Virus record (IMG/VR): IMGVR_UViG_3300027779_003171
Span: 7,294-71,293 of that record
DNA: 64,000 nt
Strand: one strand, 5' to 3'
DNA from: a virus
This document shows positions 9,953 through 20,507 of the stretch, one piece after another. Every line of letters starts with the position of its first letter. The first letter of the stretch is position 1. Both the position numbers and the translations under genes were made by a program. Under the pieces are notes generated by a model that saw only the letters and a program-made list of their open reading frames with translations, was not told the DNA's origin and ran no database searches.

Positions 9953-10877
9953 AGTTAAAAAGGGAAGAGTGCCACTGTCTGATTTCGGCCTCAGTCATGT
10001 CACCGAAATCATTTTTACTAGGTAACGCTACTTGAATTTGGCTAGGGTCGAAATGGAGATATAATTTTTGAGAGGCTTCTTTGGCCGCCCTGTTGCCAGC
10101 TCCGTTTACTGTGTCGTCATTGTTAAATGAAATAAAAATTTTCTTTACGTCTAGCTTAATTAAGAGGGTCGTTATCGACTTACTTACGGTAAGGCCAAAA
10201 GTAACAATCGTGTTTTCGACCCCAGCGTCCCACAGAGCGAGCATATCTCCAATGCTTTCGACAAGGATTACTTCTTTTTTAGATTGTATTTGTTTTAGGT
10301 TGTACTTAACGGGAAAGCACCAATTAGATACTGACCCTATGTGTTTCCATTTCGCGATTTTGAAATCTTCAGGTATTTTGTTCACGTATCTACCGCTAAA
10401 TCCGACTATCTCATCTCTGGAATTAAAAATAGGAAAGACATATCGATTTTTCATCTGGCCTTCTGATGCCACGCCCCCATTGAAGGTCTCCGTGGCTTCA
10501 ATTGAAACGCCTCTCGACTCCCAGTAAGAATGGTCTTTACTTAGCTTAAGTAGTAGCTCCTTCGGGTATTTTTTGACAGAATCTACTTTCGGTTTTGGTC
10601 GGTTGCTGGTATGGGGCGAACCGTCCGGTAGCCTAGACTTAATCCATTCTTTTGTTTCTGTTATATCTTCTTGGCTTAACGAAATTCGTACAAGTTCTTC
10701 AAATTTTCCGCCACGTCTTTCTTTGTGGTCGTACCAAACGCCAGAATCTTTATCAATAGAAAGGACATCGGGGCTGTCTGAGTCGCGGTAAAGGGGTCTT
10801 GCCCTGAAGCTGTCGCCTCTATCAAGCAGTTCATAGCCGATTTCTACCAGAATTTCTTCTATTTTTTCACTTATCAT
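9945..10877 (-). CDS. dnaG: DNA primase (DnaG/TOPRIM)
   Basis: RYVFPI..IVGFSGR, VILVESIGD and FNND TOPRIM motifs. Confidence 0.9.
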   Translation of the reverse strand: MISEKIEEILVEIGYELLDRGDSFRARPLYRDSDSPDVLSIDKDSGVWYDHKERRGGKFEELVRISLSQEDITETKEWIKSRLPDGSPHTSNRPKPKVDSVKKYPKELLLKLSKDHSYWESRGVSIEATETFNGGVASEGQMKNRYVFPIFNSRDEIVGFSGRYVNKIPEDFKIAKWKHIGSVSNWCFPVKYNLKQIQSKKEVILVESIGDMLALWDAGVENTIVTFGLTVSKSITTLLIKLDVKKIFISFNNDDTVNGAGNRAAKEASQKLYLHFDPSQIQVALPSKNDFGDMTEAEIRQWHSSLFNYA

Positions 10878-12364
10878 AGTAGCTCCCCATCGTTGGCGTT
10901 CCTGTCTTCTGAGCTTAGTTGCATCCTCTCTTCGTCTGCTATGTCGTGAAGGGTTCCTCTTTCTTCAACGTTGAAGTTCTCAATTTCAAGGTTGATGTAA
11001 TTGTTGTAAAATTTTTCGTTACCATTCGGGTCTCTTCTTCTAACTAAATCTTGATGACCCATCGCGTGTCGCCCCTGGTATCTTGCTTTTAGGTTAACGA
11101 GCATGTGAGTCCCCCTTTCTTCCCCGTCCCACTGGATTTCTTCTCTAGTTTTTTGGGCTAAGAAAAATGTAAAATCTGAAAACCATTGAACGCGATCAGA
11201 CGAAGCGATTACAGAAGAGTCAATATTATCTCCAAGCTTCCTTCCTTCCCCTCCTCGGTTAGATTGCATGGCTATAACCACGGGAACTTTAAGTTCTATG
11301 GCAAGGCGTTTGAGCTTCTTGACTTTTTCACCCATGATCTGCCACTCAGCCCAGTTATTCGATGTCTTGTCGCTGCCTATCTCAAGAAAATCAAAAGCTA
11401 TAACACAAGGCTTGTCTCTGCCAATCTCGGATAGCTTCCATTTCCTTGCGATTGAGCAAATTTCATCAATATTTTTATCCCCTACGTGGTAGTGGTGAAC
11501 TAGTTTTTTTTCTAGATACTTTTTGACCTTTTCAAAACCCTCGTTGGTTTTCTTGTAGAGCTCCTTGTTCTTGCTCCATTGACCAGTTTCAAGATACCAC
11601 ATGGGGACTTTACTAATGGAAGCAAACATCCGCATCTCCACATCCAGTGTCGGCATCTCTGTGTCTAGCACGAGAGTCTTGGTCCCGTTTAGTTCTCCAG
11701 TTTTTCTGGCTAGGTCACTAAGGAAGGTAGTTTTGCCATTCCCAGCGCGAGCGACTATTGTGTAGAGGCACTTCGGCCTCAAGCCCCCGAACAATCTGTT
11801 AAAATTTTCATAAGGAATCTGAAGCCCCACCTCTTGTGTCGGCTCGTTCCCCCTTAGCTCAATCTCTTCGATGATACCCTCTAGCAGGGGTCTTGGTTTT
11901 GTGTCTAGGGAATAAAATTCGTTTACATTCTCAGCATATAGCTCGTCACATTCAGCTATCACTGATGAAATGGGCTTATCTAGGGTTTTACCAAGGTGGC
12001 TGATAATTTTACCAGCATTCCTTTCCACATCTCTTCTTATTTTTTTGTCCTTTAGATCACACGCAGCTTGCACCGTGGCTTTAGGGGATATTTGGGTAAA
12101 CGAAATAGAATCTATGTAATCAAAGATGTTGATGTCGTCTTTAAAGGAAATCCCGAGGTTCTTAATCTTCTGGGCGACGGTAACGTTTGCGATTTCCCCA
12201 CCTTCAAAAACGGTGCTCTTAATGCACGAGAAAATTGTAGAATGAACGTCTGAATAAAAATCTTTTTCCGAAATAATTACATCAATATCTGCAAAAATCC
12301 GAGGGTTATTGATTAAGCCCCCCAACACATGCTTCTCTGTCTGGTACGAGTATAGTTTTGTCAT
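10874..12364 (-). CDS. dnaB: Replicative DNA helicase
   Basis: N-terminal EKHVLGGL..DFYSDVH, Walker A ARAGNGKT, and MQSNR motif. Confidence 0.93.
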   Translation of the reverse strand: MTKLYSYQTEKHVLGGLINNPRIFADIDVIISEKDFYSDVHSTIFSCIKSTVFEGGEIANVTVAQKIKNLGISFKDDINIFDYIDSISFTQISPKATVQAACDLKDKKIRRDVERNAGKIISHLGKTLDKPISSVIAECDELYAENVNEFYSLDTKPRPLLEGIIEEIELRGNEPTQEVGLQIPYENFNRLFGGLRPKCLYTIVARAGNGKTTFLSDLARKTGELNGTKTLVLDTEMPTLDVEMRMFASISKVPMWYLETGQWSKNKELYKKTNEGFEKVKKYLEKKLVHHYHVGDKNIDEICSIARKWKLSEIGRDKPCVIAFDFLEIGSDKTSNNWAEWQIMGEKVKKLKRLAIELKVPVVIAMQSNRGGEGRKLGDNIDSSVIASSDRVQWFSDFTFFLAQKTREEIQWDGEERGTHMLVNLKARYQGRHAMGHQDLVRRRDPNGNEKFYNNYINLEIENFNVEERGTLHDIADEERMQLSSEDRNANDGELL

Positions 12365-12777
12365 ATTTTAATTCCGCATTTTGCCTCTATCAACTGATAA
12401 CTAAGCTGGGGCACTTCATCTTGCTCTATTTCTATTACTTCGAAGTCATTCGACTCTAGCCAGTCGAGTTTTTTACAGTCCCTCTTTATGGACTGTAGGA
12501 ATTTCTGCCTAGAGCCGCCATGGAAGAACTTGTTAAAGGTCGAATGCTGCTTCCCGTTCACTTCAACCGCGATCTTCTTGGTTGCGTTAAGTATATCCAC
12601 CTTCAGTCTTGTTCCGTACACTGGGAACTCTTCGTAGACAATGTGATTCTTCCAGTACTCTTTTAGAAATTGTTTTGTTGCAAATTGTATCTTTGATCTC
12701 GATTTTTTATCCCAATCAATGAGGTACTTACTTACGTTTCGGCTCATTAGTCTACCTGTCACGCTGTGTAGCCTCAT
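12361..12777 (-). CDS. Vsr/DUF559-like endonuclease
   Basis: EEFPV..VDI..IAVEVNGKQH..RD..K pattern. Confidence 0.7.
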   Translation of the reverse strand: MRLHSVTGRLMSRNVSKYLIDWDKKSRSKIQFATKQFLKEYWKNHIVYEEFPVYGTRLKVDILNATKKIAVEVNGKQHSTFNKFFHGGSRQKFLQSIKRDCKKLDWLESNDFEVIEIEQDEVPQLSYQLIEAKCGIKI

Positions 12778-13850
12778 AAAAGTTTTTTAAATTTATCCAC
12801 CAGAAATTCGGTGACCTTTTCTTTATCTTCAAGGTAGGAGACTAAGTTGCTCATCCCTTGGTGCTTCGGCTTTAGGTCGGTGTCTCCTATTTCTTCGACA
12901 AGCTCCTTGTCAAACTCAAACCACCCAGCGGCCTTTTTCTTGATGAATTCGAACTGAAGACAAAGGTTTATTAGCTCGTACTCGGTCCAGATGGAGCCGC
13001 CCATTTCTCCATATTTTATGGGCACGTCTACAATTTGGCCTGTCTTTTCATTCCTAGTCTTGGTAAATCTTAGCGAGCAATAGTGACCGATTCTTTTACC
13101 TTTCGCATCTATCGATGCTCCACTTGGGTTCTCCCATATATAAAGATTAGTCCACAAGGGCTTAATCTCCGCGATTAAAGAGCTATAAAAATTTAAGGCT
13201 TTCCCTCCCGACTGAGTGGTTCCTCCCGACGGAGCCATTGACCCCATGTTCATCTTGTAACGAGTTTGAGAGAGCACGATCAAGGCGTGACCGTTCTTTG
13301 TCAGTGGCAAGGTCGTGGCTTTTCCTACATGAGAAAAAACTACCGCTGATCCAGCTACCTTTTGGCCTTCGTCAAATTTCTTACCGAGGTCTGCTTTTTT
13401 AATTAAGGCATCGGTAGAGTCGATAACGAACAAATACCTATACGTTTCCTTATCTTCTCCCTTGCTGTTCTCGGTGATGAGCTCCTTAATCATCCCCATT
13501 GATGTCTCTAGTATGTTTGAATCAAAGCAGCACCATTTATTTTCGCTTTGGTCAATCCCTGAGCGTTCAACAAGCTCTGGGGTAAGTCGTCCCTCGGCAT
13601 TTATATAAAAAACGAAACCGTTCGGGATTGTTTCTTGGAAAACTTTAGCCAAGTTCAGGGCGAAGCTGGTCTTCCCGCTCTCTGGCTCTCCCGACATCCT
13701 AAATATACCTGGACGTATCCCCCCGTCTAAGAAAAGGTCTAGCTGTAAGCTTCCTGTGCTGCACTTCCAATCAACCCTTTCGAGGTCGTTGTAGTGGTCT
13801 CCCTTGAACCTCTTGTCTTGGAGGAGCGAATTAATTCTTTTTTGACTCAT
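12774..13850 (-). CDS. recA: RecA-like recombinase
   Basis: STGSLQLDLFLDGG, GEPESGKT, VIDS and SGGKALNFYSS motifs. Confidence 0.92.
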   Translation of the reverse strand: MSQKRINSLLQDKRFKGDHYNDLERVDWKCSTGSLQLDLFLDGGIRPGIFRMSGEPESGKTSFALNLAKVFQETIPNGFVFYINAEGRLTPELVERSGIDQSENKWCCFDSNILETSMGMIKELITENSKGEDKETYRYLFVIDSTDALIKKADLGKKFDEGQKVAGSAVVFSHVGKATTLPLTKNGHALIVLSQTRYKMNMGSMAPSGGTTQSGGKALNFYSSLIAEIKPLWTNLYIWENPSGASIDAKGKRIGHYCSLRFTKTRNEKTGQIVDVPIKYGEMGGSIWTEYELINLCLQFEFIKKKAAGWFEFDKELVEEIGDTDLKPKHQGMSNLVSYLEDKEKVTEFLVDKFKKLL

Positions 13851-14199
13851 TTAAAATTTCTATTAGGGTTTTCTTTCTTTTCGCGTAGCTCTTTTTCCCG
13901 ATCCTTCTCTCTTGCGTCTTGTATTCTTTCGGTTTTTTAGGGGAATACTTCATCATTTTCCCCCTAACTCTCAATGCATACTTCCCTTCGTCGCTTAGGA
14001 GCCATGCTAGAGAATTCAATTTGAAATCAAGCTCTACTTGATTCCAGAAACGTACATCAGGACAGGAATTAAAAAGTTTTTTTGCTAATTTAATTTCCTT
14101 TGCCCACTTACCCTTTGTGAAGCCGTCTACATTCTTGAGGAATTTGTTTACCATGAAATGATAAAATCCTTTGGGGGCAGATGTACCTTTCTCTCTCAT
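13831..14199 (-). CDS. Hypothetical protein (replication module)
   Basis: ATG-start ORF that overlaps recA in operon orientation. Confidence 0.65.
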   Translation of the reverse strand: MREKGTSAPKGFYHFMVNKFLKNVDGFTKGKWAKEIKLAKKLFNSCPDVRFWNQVELDFKLNSLAWLLSDEGKYALRVRGKMMKYSPKKPKEYKTQERRIGKKSYAKRKKTLIEILNESKKN

Positions 14200-14237
14200 A
14201 AATCACAATAAGAGTGTAACGGAGACCTAGAAAAAAG

Positions 14238-15302
14238 TCAAGGTTTTTTTATGTCGTGCTTTACCATCTTTTGAACGAGCCCCTTAAAGTTCGTTTTGGG
14301 TTTCCATTTTAACTCCTTTCTAATCGGAGCGGAATCGCCCACCAAAAGTTCCACCTCTGCTGGCCTGTAGAACTCTGGGTTAACTTTTACTAAGGGAATT
14401 GAGTCTTTCTGGTAGGAGTGAAGAAAGACTGAGCTTTGATCCTTGCCAACCCACTTAGCGTCTATGCCAGCACAGCCAAAAGCCTCCTCAACGAACTCTC
14501 TGATTGAATGAGCTTCTCCGCTGGCGAGAATATAATCTTTGGGCTTTTTTTGCCTTAGCATTAACCATACCCCCCTTACGAAATCCTCACTATCACTCCA
14601 GTCTCTTTTGGCATCAAGATTCCCGAGCTCTATCGGGTCAAATTCAGGAAGTGTACCGTGACGGCTCCTCCACTTATCCACATCTTTCATTTCGTGGTAA
14701 ATGCGAGCGACTCCTTTCGTGATCTTTCTTGTAACGAATTCTTCCCCCCGCCTGATGCCTTCGTGATTAAATAATATCCCGTGGACAGCAAAGATTCCGT
14801 AGCTTTCCCTGTAGACTTTAACCACATGTCTTGCCGTGCATTTTGAGGCTCCGTATGGGCTCCTAGGTTTTAGTGGGTGCAAGATGTCTTGAGGACAGTA
14901 GTCAACATTCCCAAACTCTTCGCTGCTCCCCGCGCTATAAAATCTACAATTTGGCTTATATATTTTTATGGCCTCCAAGCATCTTATCACCCCAAGAGCA
15001 TTCGTCTCAAAAATTTGGAGCGGCATATCCCAGCTGCACCCGACAAAAGAATTAGCACCAAAATTAATAAAATACTGAGGCTTTATCTTTTTCACTAATC
15101 TGTTTATGGAAATTTCATCAGTAAGGTCTCCATCAACCAACTCGAAGCGGGAAGATTTGGAAAATGTTTCTATGTTTCTGAAATTCGGCGTAGCACTTCG
15201 GCGCATCATGCCGTATATCTTGTGCCTGGAATTCTTCAACAAGAACTCGGCCATGTTCGAGCCGTCTTGCCCAAGAATACCCGTGATAATAACGTTCGCC
15301 AT
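14238..15302 (-). CDS. gmd: GDP-mannose 4,6-dehydratase
   Basis: ITGILGQDGS, SPYGASK, GILFNHE, FVTRKIT, LGNLDAKRDW and RPAEV motifs. Confidence 0.95.
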   Translation of the reverse strand: MANVIITGILGQDGSNMAEFLLKNSRHKIYGMMRRSATPNFRNIETFSKSSRFELVDGDLTDEISINRLVKKIKPQYFINFGANSFVGCSWDMPLQIFETNALGVIRCLEAIKIYKPNCRFYSAGSSEEFGNVDYCPQDILHPLKPRSPYGASKCTARHVVKVYRESYGIFAVHGILFNHEGIRRGEEFVTRKITKGVARIYHEMKDVDKWRSRHGTLPEFDPIELGNLDAKRDWSDSEDFVRGVWLMLRQKKPKDYILASGEAHSIREFVEEAFGCAGIDAKWVGKDQSSVFLHSYQKDSIPLVKVNPEFYRPAEVELLVGDSAPIRKELKWKPKTNFKGLVQKMVKHDIKKP

Positions 15303-15935
15303 TTAGCCTTTCTTAAAAACAGCAGTTAGATAGCTTGCGTACCCGACTTTTTCTCCCCTTATAGTGTCTTCTATGTTCGAGTAATGGATTACGGTGTACC
15401 CTTGTCTCAGCATAAACCTAGTAAGTGTTTCGTCGTTAAAATGCCAGATGTGTTCGTTGGGTTTTCTGTGTTTCCAATTTTCGAACCACTCTTCTGAAAA
15501 GTAATGACACCAAGGGGTCGTTATAAGTAGGTATTTACACTGTATCTTCTCAAGAAAATCTAAATCAGTCATGTGTTCCAGACTGTTGTGGAAAGTAACA
15601 ACGTCATAGTATGCGCCCGTAGCATTACTCACAGATTTGATATTCGATTTCGGTGGCAAGGGGTAGGCTGGGCCGATATCAAAACCATAGCAGTCTTTAA
15701 CGACTGTGGAGCATCTTTCTAAAAAATTACCCACGCCGTAGCCTACATCCAAAAGCTTAACTATCGGTTGGTTGATGACCCCTAAAAGGAGACCCAATCG
15801 CAGACAAGATAGTTCATCCTCTTGCCCTCCAAGACTATTGCTGTACCTTACAGCGTATTCCTCGTCGTAAGTTGGGGGGGTGGGCTCTGTCTGCTTAATG
15901 ACTCCAGACCTGAATTTTTCGTAACCGTCTATCAT
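15303..15935 (-). CDS. Class I SAM-dependent methyltransferase
   Basis: LLDVGYGVG and SLEH motifs. Confidence 0.8.
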   Translation of the reverse strand: MIDGYEKFRSGVIKQTEPTPPTYDEEYAVRYSNSLGGQEDELSCLRLGLLLGVINQPIVKLLDVGYGVGNFLERCSTVVKDCYGFDIGPAYPLPPKSNIKSVSNATGAYYDVVTFHNSLEHMTDLDFLEKIQCKYLLITTPWCHYFSEEWFENWKHRKPNEHIWHFNDETLTRFMLRQGYTVIHYSNIEDTIRGEKVGYASYLTAVFKKG

Positions 15936-16339
15936 GCTTGTTCCTTCGATAATAAATTTGTAGTTGAGTATCCCTCTTTGTAATTAAAAATTTTCACCTC
16001 ACAGAGGTCATTCCCCACTACGTCTTCTTTTTTATAGTCTCCACCCTTGACTACTATGTCTGGTTTGACTTTTTTTATCAACTCATAAGGAGTATCTTCT
16101 TCAAAGATCAAGACTTCATCCACGAATTTCAAGCTTTGAAGAACGTATTTCCTATCCTTTTGGCTGTTTATGGGCCTATTCTTGCCCTTAAGTTTCCTGA
16201 CGCTACTGTCTGAATTTAAGCCTACAACAACCTTTCCGCCAAGGTAGCAGCCGCTACAAACTAGACTATCGCAATATTTCAAGAGTTCTATGTGACCCCT
16301 GTGCAAAATATCAAAGCAGCCATTCGTGAAGACTGTCAT
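15932..16339 (-). CDS. RfaE domain II-like nucleotidyltransferase (heptose-1-P adenylyltransferase family)
   Basis: VFTNGCFDILHRGH, VGLNSD, KGKNRP, KGGDY and YSTT motifs. Confidence 0.9.
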   Translation of the reverse strand: MTVFTNGCFDILHRGHIELLKYCDSLVCSGCYLGGKVVVGLNSDSSVRKLKGKNRPINSQKDRKYVLQSLKFVDEVLIFEEDTPYELIKKVKPDIVVKGGDYKKEDVVGNDLCEVKIFNYKEGYSTTNLLSKEQA

Positions 16340-16920
16340 TTTTTTCTAACTACAAAATCAATTTGGCATATCGCCAAACCGAGAGTCTGGTCTTGATGAA
16401 AGTTGCGGAAACTAAAATTTTCCAAGACCGTCTCTGCCAATACTTTTTCAACGAGCCCCTCTTGCTCGAACTTCTCGATAAACTTTAAGACGTTTACGCT
16501 TTTTGGTAAGTCAGATTCCCATTCGAGAGTCCATGAAGAGTAATGCGGGGCAAATTGACTCGGCCACATACATTTTTCGTAAAGGATTTCGTGAGGGACA
16601 CTGGTGAAAAGTATCCCCCCCGGCTTGCAAACCCTGATCCAGTGCCTGAAGGAGCCATATGGATCGTCCATGTGTTCCAGGCAGTGGGAGCTATACACGA
16701 AGTCAAAAGAGTCATCTTCTAGGTTGGAGCAGGTGTTGCCGTCGTTTATAAGCTCGGTCCCCTCTTCGTTGTCGTACTCAACCAGTTCGGTTATCCCGTT
16801 AAAAATTGTTTGAGAAAGGGGGGCTTTCCCGCAACCTATGTCCAGGCCTCGACCCTGGAAAAAGTTGCCGTATCCCTTTTTTACCCTGTATTCGTATGAT
16901 TTATTTGTTTCGTTTCCCAT
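16336..16920 (-). CDS. Class I SAM-dependent methyltransferase
   Basis: GLDIGCG, FDFVYSSHCLEH and KPGG motifs. Confidence 0.85.
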   Translation of the reverse strand: MGNETNKSYEYRVKKGYGNFFQGRGLDIGCGKAPLSQTIFNGITELVEYDNEEGTELINDGNTCSNLEDDSFDFVYSSHCLEHMDDPYGSFRHWIRVCKPGGILFTSVPHEILYEKCMWPSQFAPHYSSWTLEWESDLPKSVNVLKFIEKFEQEGLVEKVLAETVLENFSFRNFHQDQTLGLAICQIDFVVRKK

Positions 16921-16922
16921 GG

Positions 16923-17771
16923 TTAGCAAAATAGTTTGGTGTATTTATCTTTATTGTTTCTCACATATTCTGGTAATACGTTTTCGTCTTCTATTTTTTT
17001 TACTTTAACTGAGTTGTCGTCCGGGTGGTTTATGTTCCAAAACCCCTCCTCGAAGACTCTTCTATTAAAAATCTTTTCCATTTCTTCTTCGGATGGTACG
17101 TCTGATTTGTCGAAGGGCTCGATGCAGGACAGTGATTTTTCTCTTACTTTTTCGGGGCCACCCATAAAGCTGAAGTGCCAGCCCCTTGGTGTGGAGTGGT
17201 TGGATGTGGTGTTTCTTACGCTCCACAGCTCTTGCGGAGAGTACATTCTTAGGGCTGCCCTTGTTACCCCTAAGCTATGTCTTGATGTTTTTTTCACCTC
17301 AGTCTCCTCTTTCACGTCATAGCATTGCATGTTCAGGAAATAAGAAAATGTATTTTGGGTGAAGGAGGTTATTGTCTCGTGTTTTATTTTTTTCGTATTT
17401 GCTTCTAGCTCTGTCAAATTTGGTATCTCGTCTAAGTCTGATATAAGTATAACATCATCGCCTTTCAAGTTCAAGGACTCAACCCCTATGGTCGCTCCGT
17501 TCCTTTGAAAATTCTCCATTCCCCAGTCATCATTAACTTGTCGGAAATCACCCACAGGGCAAGAGTCCTTTTCTAGTTTAACGTGAACTATTTTATTTAA
17601 AAACTTATTAAATTTTTCTTTATTCTCTTCAAATACGAAGGGCTTATCTTTTAGGGTCTGGGTTTTAGCTGCTTCCACTAAGACAAAATTATCCACGTAA
17701 GGGTCAAGGATGTTAAGTCTTATTTCTAAAAGCTCCAGCTCGTTAAAGAATGAGAAACAATCGACAATCAT
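16923..17771 (-). CDS. GT17-like glycosyltransferase
   Basis: DCFSFFNELELLEIRL, ENFQRN, ISDLDEIP and GWHFSF motifs. Confidence 0.85.
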   Translation of the reverse strand: MIVDCFSFFNELELLEIRLNILDPYVDNFVLVEAAKTQTLKDKPFVFEENKEKFNKFLNKIVHVKLEKDSCPVGDFRQVNDDWGMENFQRNGATIGVESLNLKGDDVILISDLDEIPNLTELEANTKKIKHETITSFTQNTFSYFLNMQCYDVKEETEVKKTSRHSLGVTRAALRMYSPQELWSVRNTTSNHSTPRGWHFSFMGGPEKVREKSLSCIEPFDKSDVPSEEEMEKIFNRRVFEEGFWNINHPDDNSVKVKKIEDENVLPEYVRNNKDKYTKLFC

Positions 17772-18505
17772 ATCTTGTGCAGTGCGTTTGTTATTCCAAT
17801 GTCGTAATCAAACTCGTTAAAGTACTCAGAATCAAAATCAATCCAATCGTCAAAGCCCTCCCTAAATGGGTGGAACTTCTTTAACTGATCTTTATCGAAG
17901 TGGCTGTCTTGGATAATGACCTTTTTTCTGACCCGTGGATAGCACCTTGCCACATGATACATGGCTGAGTCAAGGCCAATAAAAATTTGACTGCTCGCAA
18001 TCACTTTAGCACTTTCCCAAAAGTTCGCCCCCCTAAAATCTATAAATGGTGTCGCTTTATCTGACGAGCCGCCGACTTGCATGATGGTCCATTTCTCGTA
18101 TTTCTGACGGATAGTTTCTATAATTTCGTCAGACAAGCTCCCCCTGCTTTTGCCGGTGCAGTGAACTGTCACCATCGGTGGTTTAAAATCTTGCGGGATA
18201 TCTTCGTAGATATACAATCGGGGGTGGCGTAGGAACATCTTCATGTCCAAGGCGGCACACCATCTCTCTGATTTTGATAAGAAGGGGTCACTCCAGTCTG
18301 GGTTGTGCGGGAAATCATAGTTCCAAAGGTCTATAATTTTGTCTGCCTGTTTGTCTCGTACAACAAATGGATTATGATCCCAGACAAAACTTTTCGAAAC
18401 ATCCACGAGTTTCTCACCGTGCGTTCGGTAAAAATTCTCCGGTATACAGGCGAACTGGAGAGCGTCTCCGCTAACGTTGTTTGGGGTTATGATGCCTAAG
18501 CTCAT
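17768..18505 (-). CDS. GT9-like (GT-B) glycosyltransferase
   Basis: N-terminal GD motif and C-terminal FIGLDSAMYHVA. Confidence 0.7.
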   Translation of the reverse strand: MSLGIITPNNVSGDALQFACIPENFYRTHGEKLVDVSKSFVWDHNPFVVRDKQADKIIDLWNYDFPHNPDWSDPFLSKSERWCAALDMKMFLRHPRLYIYEDIPQDFKPPMVTVHCTGKSRGSLSDEIIETIRQKYEKWTIMQVGGSSDKATPFIDFRGANFWESAKVIASSQIFIGLDSAMYHVARCYPRVRKKVIIQDSHFDKDQLKKFHPFREGFDDWIDFDSEYFNEFDYDIGITNALHKI

Positions 18506-18510
18506 GCGGC

Positions 18511-19452
18511 TTACCGTTTGGTTTTTTCTTCGTTGACCGTGTATTTTCTTCTCACTAGTTGGGTGTCTATATCTGTAATGTAAGGCAGCAGGGAGTAACC
18601 TCCGTCTTTAAGGATTCTCTCCGCTACTTGAGCCACGTAAACAGCATCAAAATTTAAAGGGAAAGAATGGTGAGGAAAAGGCAGCCACCTTATTTGATGA
18701 GAAGGGATTGATTGGTGCGGTTTGTCGGAGTGAGACGAGAAAGTCAGCGTCGGCACATTAGCTCCATAGGCCAGACACCGAAAACCAGAGTCGGTGGAAA
18801 CCATTAATTTTGATTTAGTTATTATGTCGAAAGCTTTGCTAACGGTTGTGTTAATTAGCTTAACGTTGTCGCTTAAACATTTTTCATAAAAGTGATTTGT
18901 TTCAGGGGTCGAAATGATAACGCAGGGAAGAGTCTTGGATAACTCGCCGACAAGGCGGGTCACGTACCAGTCTTCCAGCCTGTGTCCAACGGAGGTTTCA
19001 GAAACGAGGTGGAGCGTAATGAATTCGTCCGGTAAATTCTCCTCGTATGTTTCTGATATCTTTGGCTTAGGGAAGAAATAAAAATACCTCAACCAATCAT
19101 AATCATGCTGCATCCATTTTAGGGAGTCTATATGAAGATCGTAGAATTTGTCATAGGATTTCATCTCCTTGACGATTTCGTCTGGGACATTTTCTAGAGC
19201 ACCGTAGTAATTGTCTTCACCAAATTGACAGTCTACCCAGAACTCTTTGTGTTTTTTATTTTGTATTACCTTTATATCTTCGTAAAGATAATGGTAAGCA
19301 CAAAGGATTCCTTCTTTTTGAAAGGTGTTACCTTCCGTGTCGGAGTAAGCCGTTATTTTGGCCGACGGGTACTTGTCTAGTATCGCTGGAACAAATCTGT
19401 TAGCAAGCAAATGATCGCCTAGCCCACCTTCTAGTCTGACGCTTATGTTCAT
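18511..19452 (-). CDS. GT9-like (GT-B) glycosyltransferase
   Basis: GGLGDHL and MVSTDSG..LAYG..VPTL motifs. Confidence 0.7.
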   Translation of the reverse strand: MNISVRLEGGLGDHLLANRFVPAILDKYPSAKITAYSDTEGNTFQKEGILCAYHYLYEDIKVIQNKKHKEFWVDCQFGEDNYYGALENVPDEIVKEMKSYDKFYDLHIDSLKWMQHDYDWLRYFYFFPKPKISETYEENLPDEFITLHLVSETSVGHRLEDWYVTRLVGELSKTLPCVIISTPETNHFYEKCLSDNVKLINTTVSKAFDIITKSKLMVSTDSGFRCLAYGANVPTLTFSSHSDKPHQSIPSHQIRWLPFPHHSFPLNFDAVYVAQVAERILKDGGYSLLPYITDIDTQLVRRKYTVNEEKTKR

Positions 19453-20507
19453 TAGCCATTATGGTTCACGAATAACACATCTTTTTCTACCTCTTTCTTC
19501 GTCTTGATATCAACGTAGCTAATTTTAAACTTAATCGTATTAAACCTAGTCTGCTTGAACTCCTTCAATTTCATGAAAGTGAACTTCAGGCCGAATCCCG
19601 CTGATGGCTCTGGAAAATCGAAGGAGTGCTTTTCCTCTCCGTCGTCGATAACTGATATTCGTTTGATCTTTATCCTTCCGTGGGAAGCCTGAAGGCTTTC
19701 GAGGATTTGTACTACCCCAGCCTCCTTATAGCGCATGGTTTTTTCTGCTTCAGTGGCGAACCTAAGATTTCTTAAAAGTATTCCGAGTTGCCCGCTTTCG
19801 CCTATGGCTGCATACTCCAGACCAAAACCGAACACTTCATCAGTGTTAAAGGTTTCCCCAGTTTCGCAAACCATGTAGCCATAGAAGGTGAAGATTTCAT
19901 CCTCTGGTTCGATGTCTGTTAACGCCCTAAAGAGCATCGTCTTTTCCTTGACCTCCCATGAGGCGTTATTTAATCCGTTTGCTGAATTGTATATGGGACC
20001 ATAGCCGAGAGGTAGGCATTGATAACTGTTGCCTGTCCTCTTTTCTGCGGGGGTGTTGGGCGGAAACCACTTAAAGTAATACTTACTTGGGTGCTTAAAA
20101 CCAAACATTTGCTTTACTTCTTCGCGGTGTAATTCCTCTTCGGATATAAAGCTTTCGTCCTTTAGAATGTGGTACAACTTGTCGGTTACGCCCTGTATCC
20201 GAGGCCATAAAATAACAGGCACTTCCTCCAAGATTTCCCCATGCTTTATCGACTCAGTTGCAAAAACACCGAACCCTTCCAGCGGAGATTGTCTTACCTC
20301 CATTTTATCGTAGCAATTAGGCAAGGACGTGGATGCGCCAAGCGGGCGGCTAGGGTCACCGATAAGGGGTTTAGGCTCAAGGGCTCCTATCATGCGGTGG
20401 GTTCCGGGTGGGACCGTGGGGGGGATGTAGGGCTCGTTAGGTTTTTCTTGGGGTAAGATTTTTCCCAGCGGCTCGGACTCCTCCTTTTTCTGTTCTTCAG
20501 TTTGCAT
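19452..20507 (-). CDS. SET-domain protein
   Basis: SPLEGFGVFATESI..GE, GPIYNS and ALTDIEPEDEIFTFYG motifs. Start taken at ATG 20507. Confidence 0.75.
   Translation of the reverse strand: MQTEEQKKEESEPLGKILPQEKPNEPYIPPTVPPGTHRMIGALEPKPLIGDPSRPLGASTSLPNCYDKMEVRQSPLEGFGVFATESIKHGEILEEVPVILWPRIQGVTDKLYHILKDESFISEEELHREEVKQMFGFKHPSKYYFKWFPPNTPAEKRTGNSYQCLPLGYGPIYNSANGLNNASWEVKEKTMLFRALTDIEPEDEIFTFYGYMVCETGETFNTDEVFGFGLEYAAIGESGQLGILLRNLRFATEAEKTMRYKEAGVVQILESLQASHGRIKIKRISVIDDGEEKHSFDFPEPSAGFGLKFTFMKLKEFKQTRFNTIKFKISYVDIKTKKEVEKDVLFVNHNG

Noticed and set aside
18434-18443. 10-nt minus-strand match to spacer 1 (ACCGGAGAAT) as a self-target
   Set aside because: The match is too short to exceed chance in 128 kb of searched sequence, and no other spacer has a convincing match in the window.
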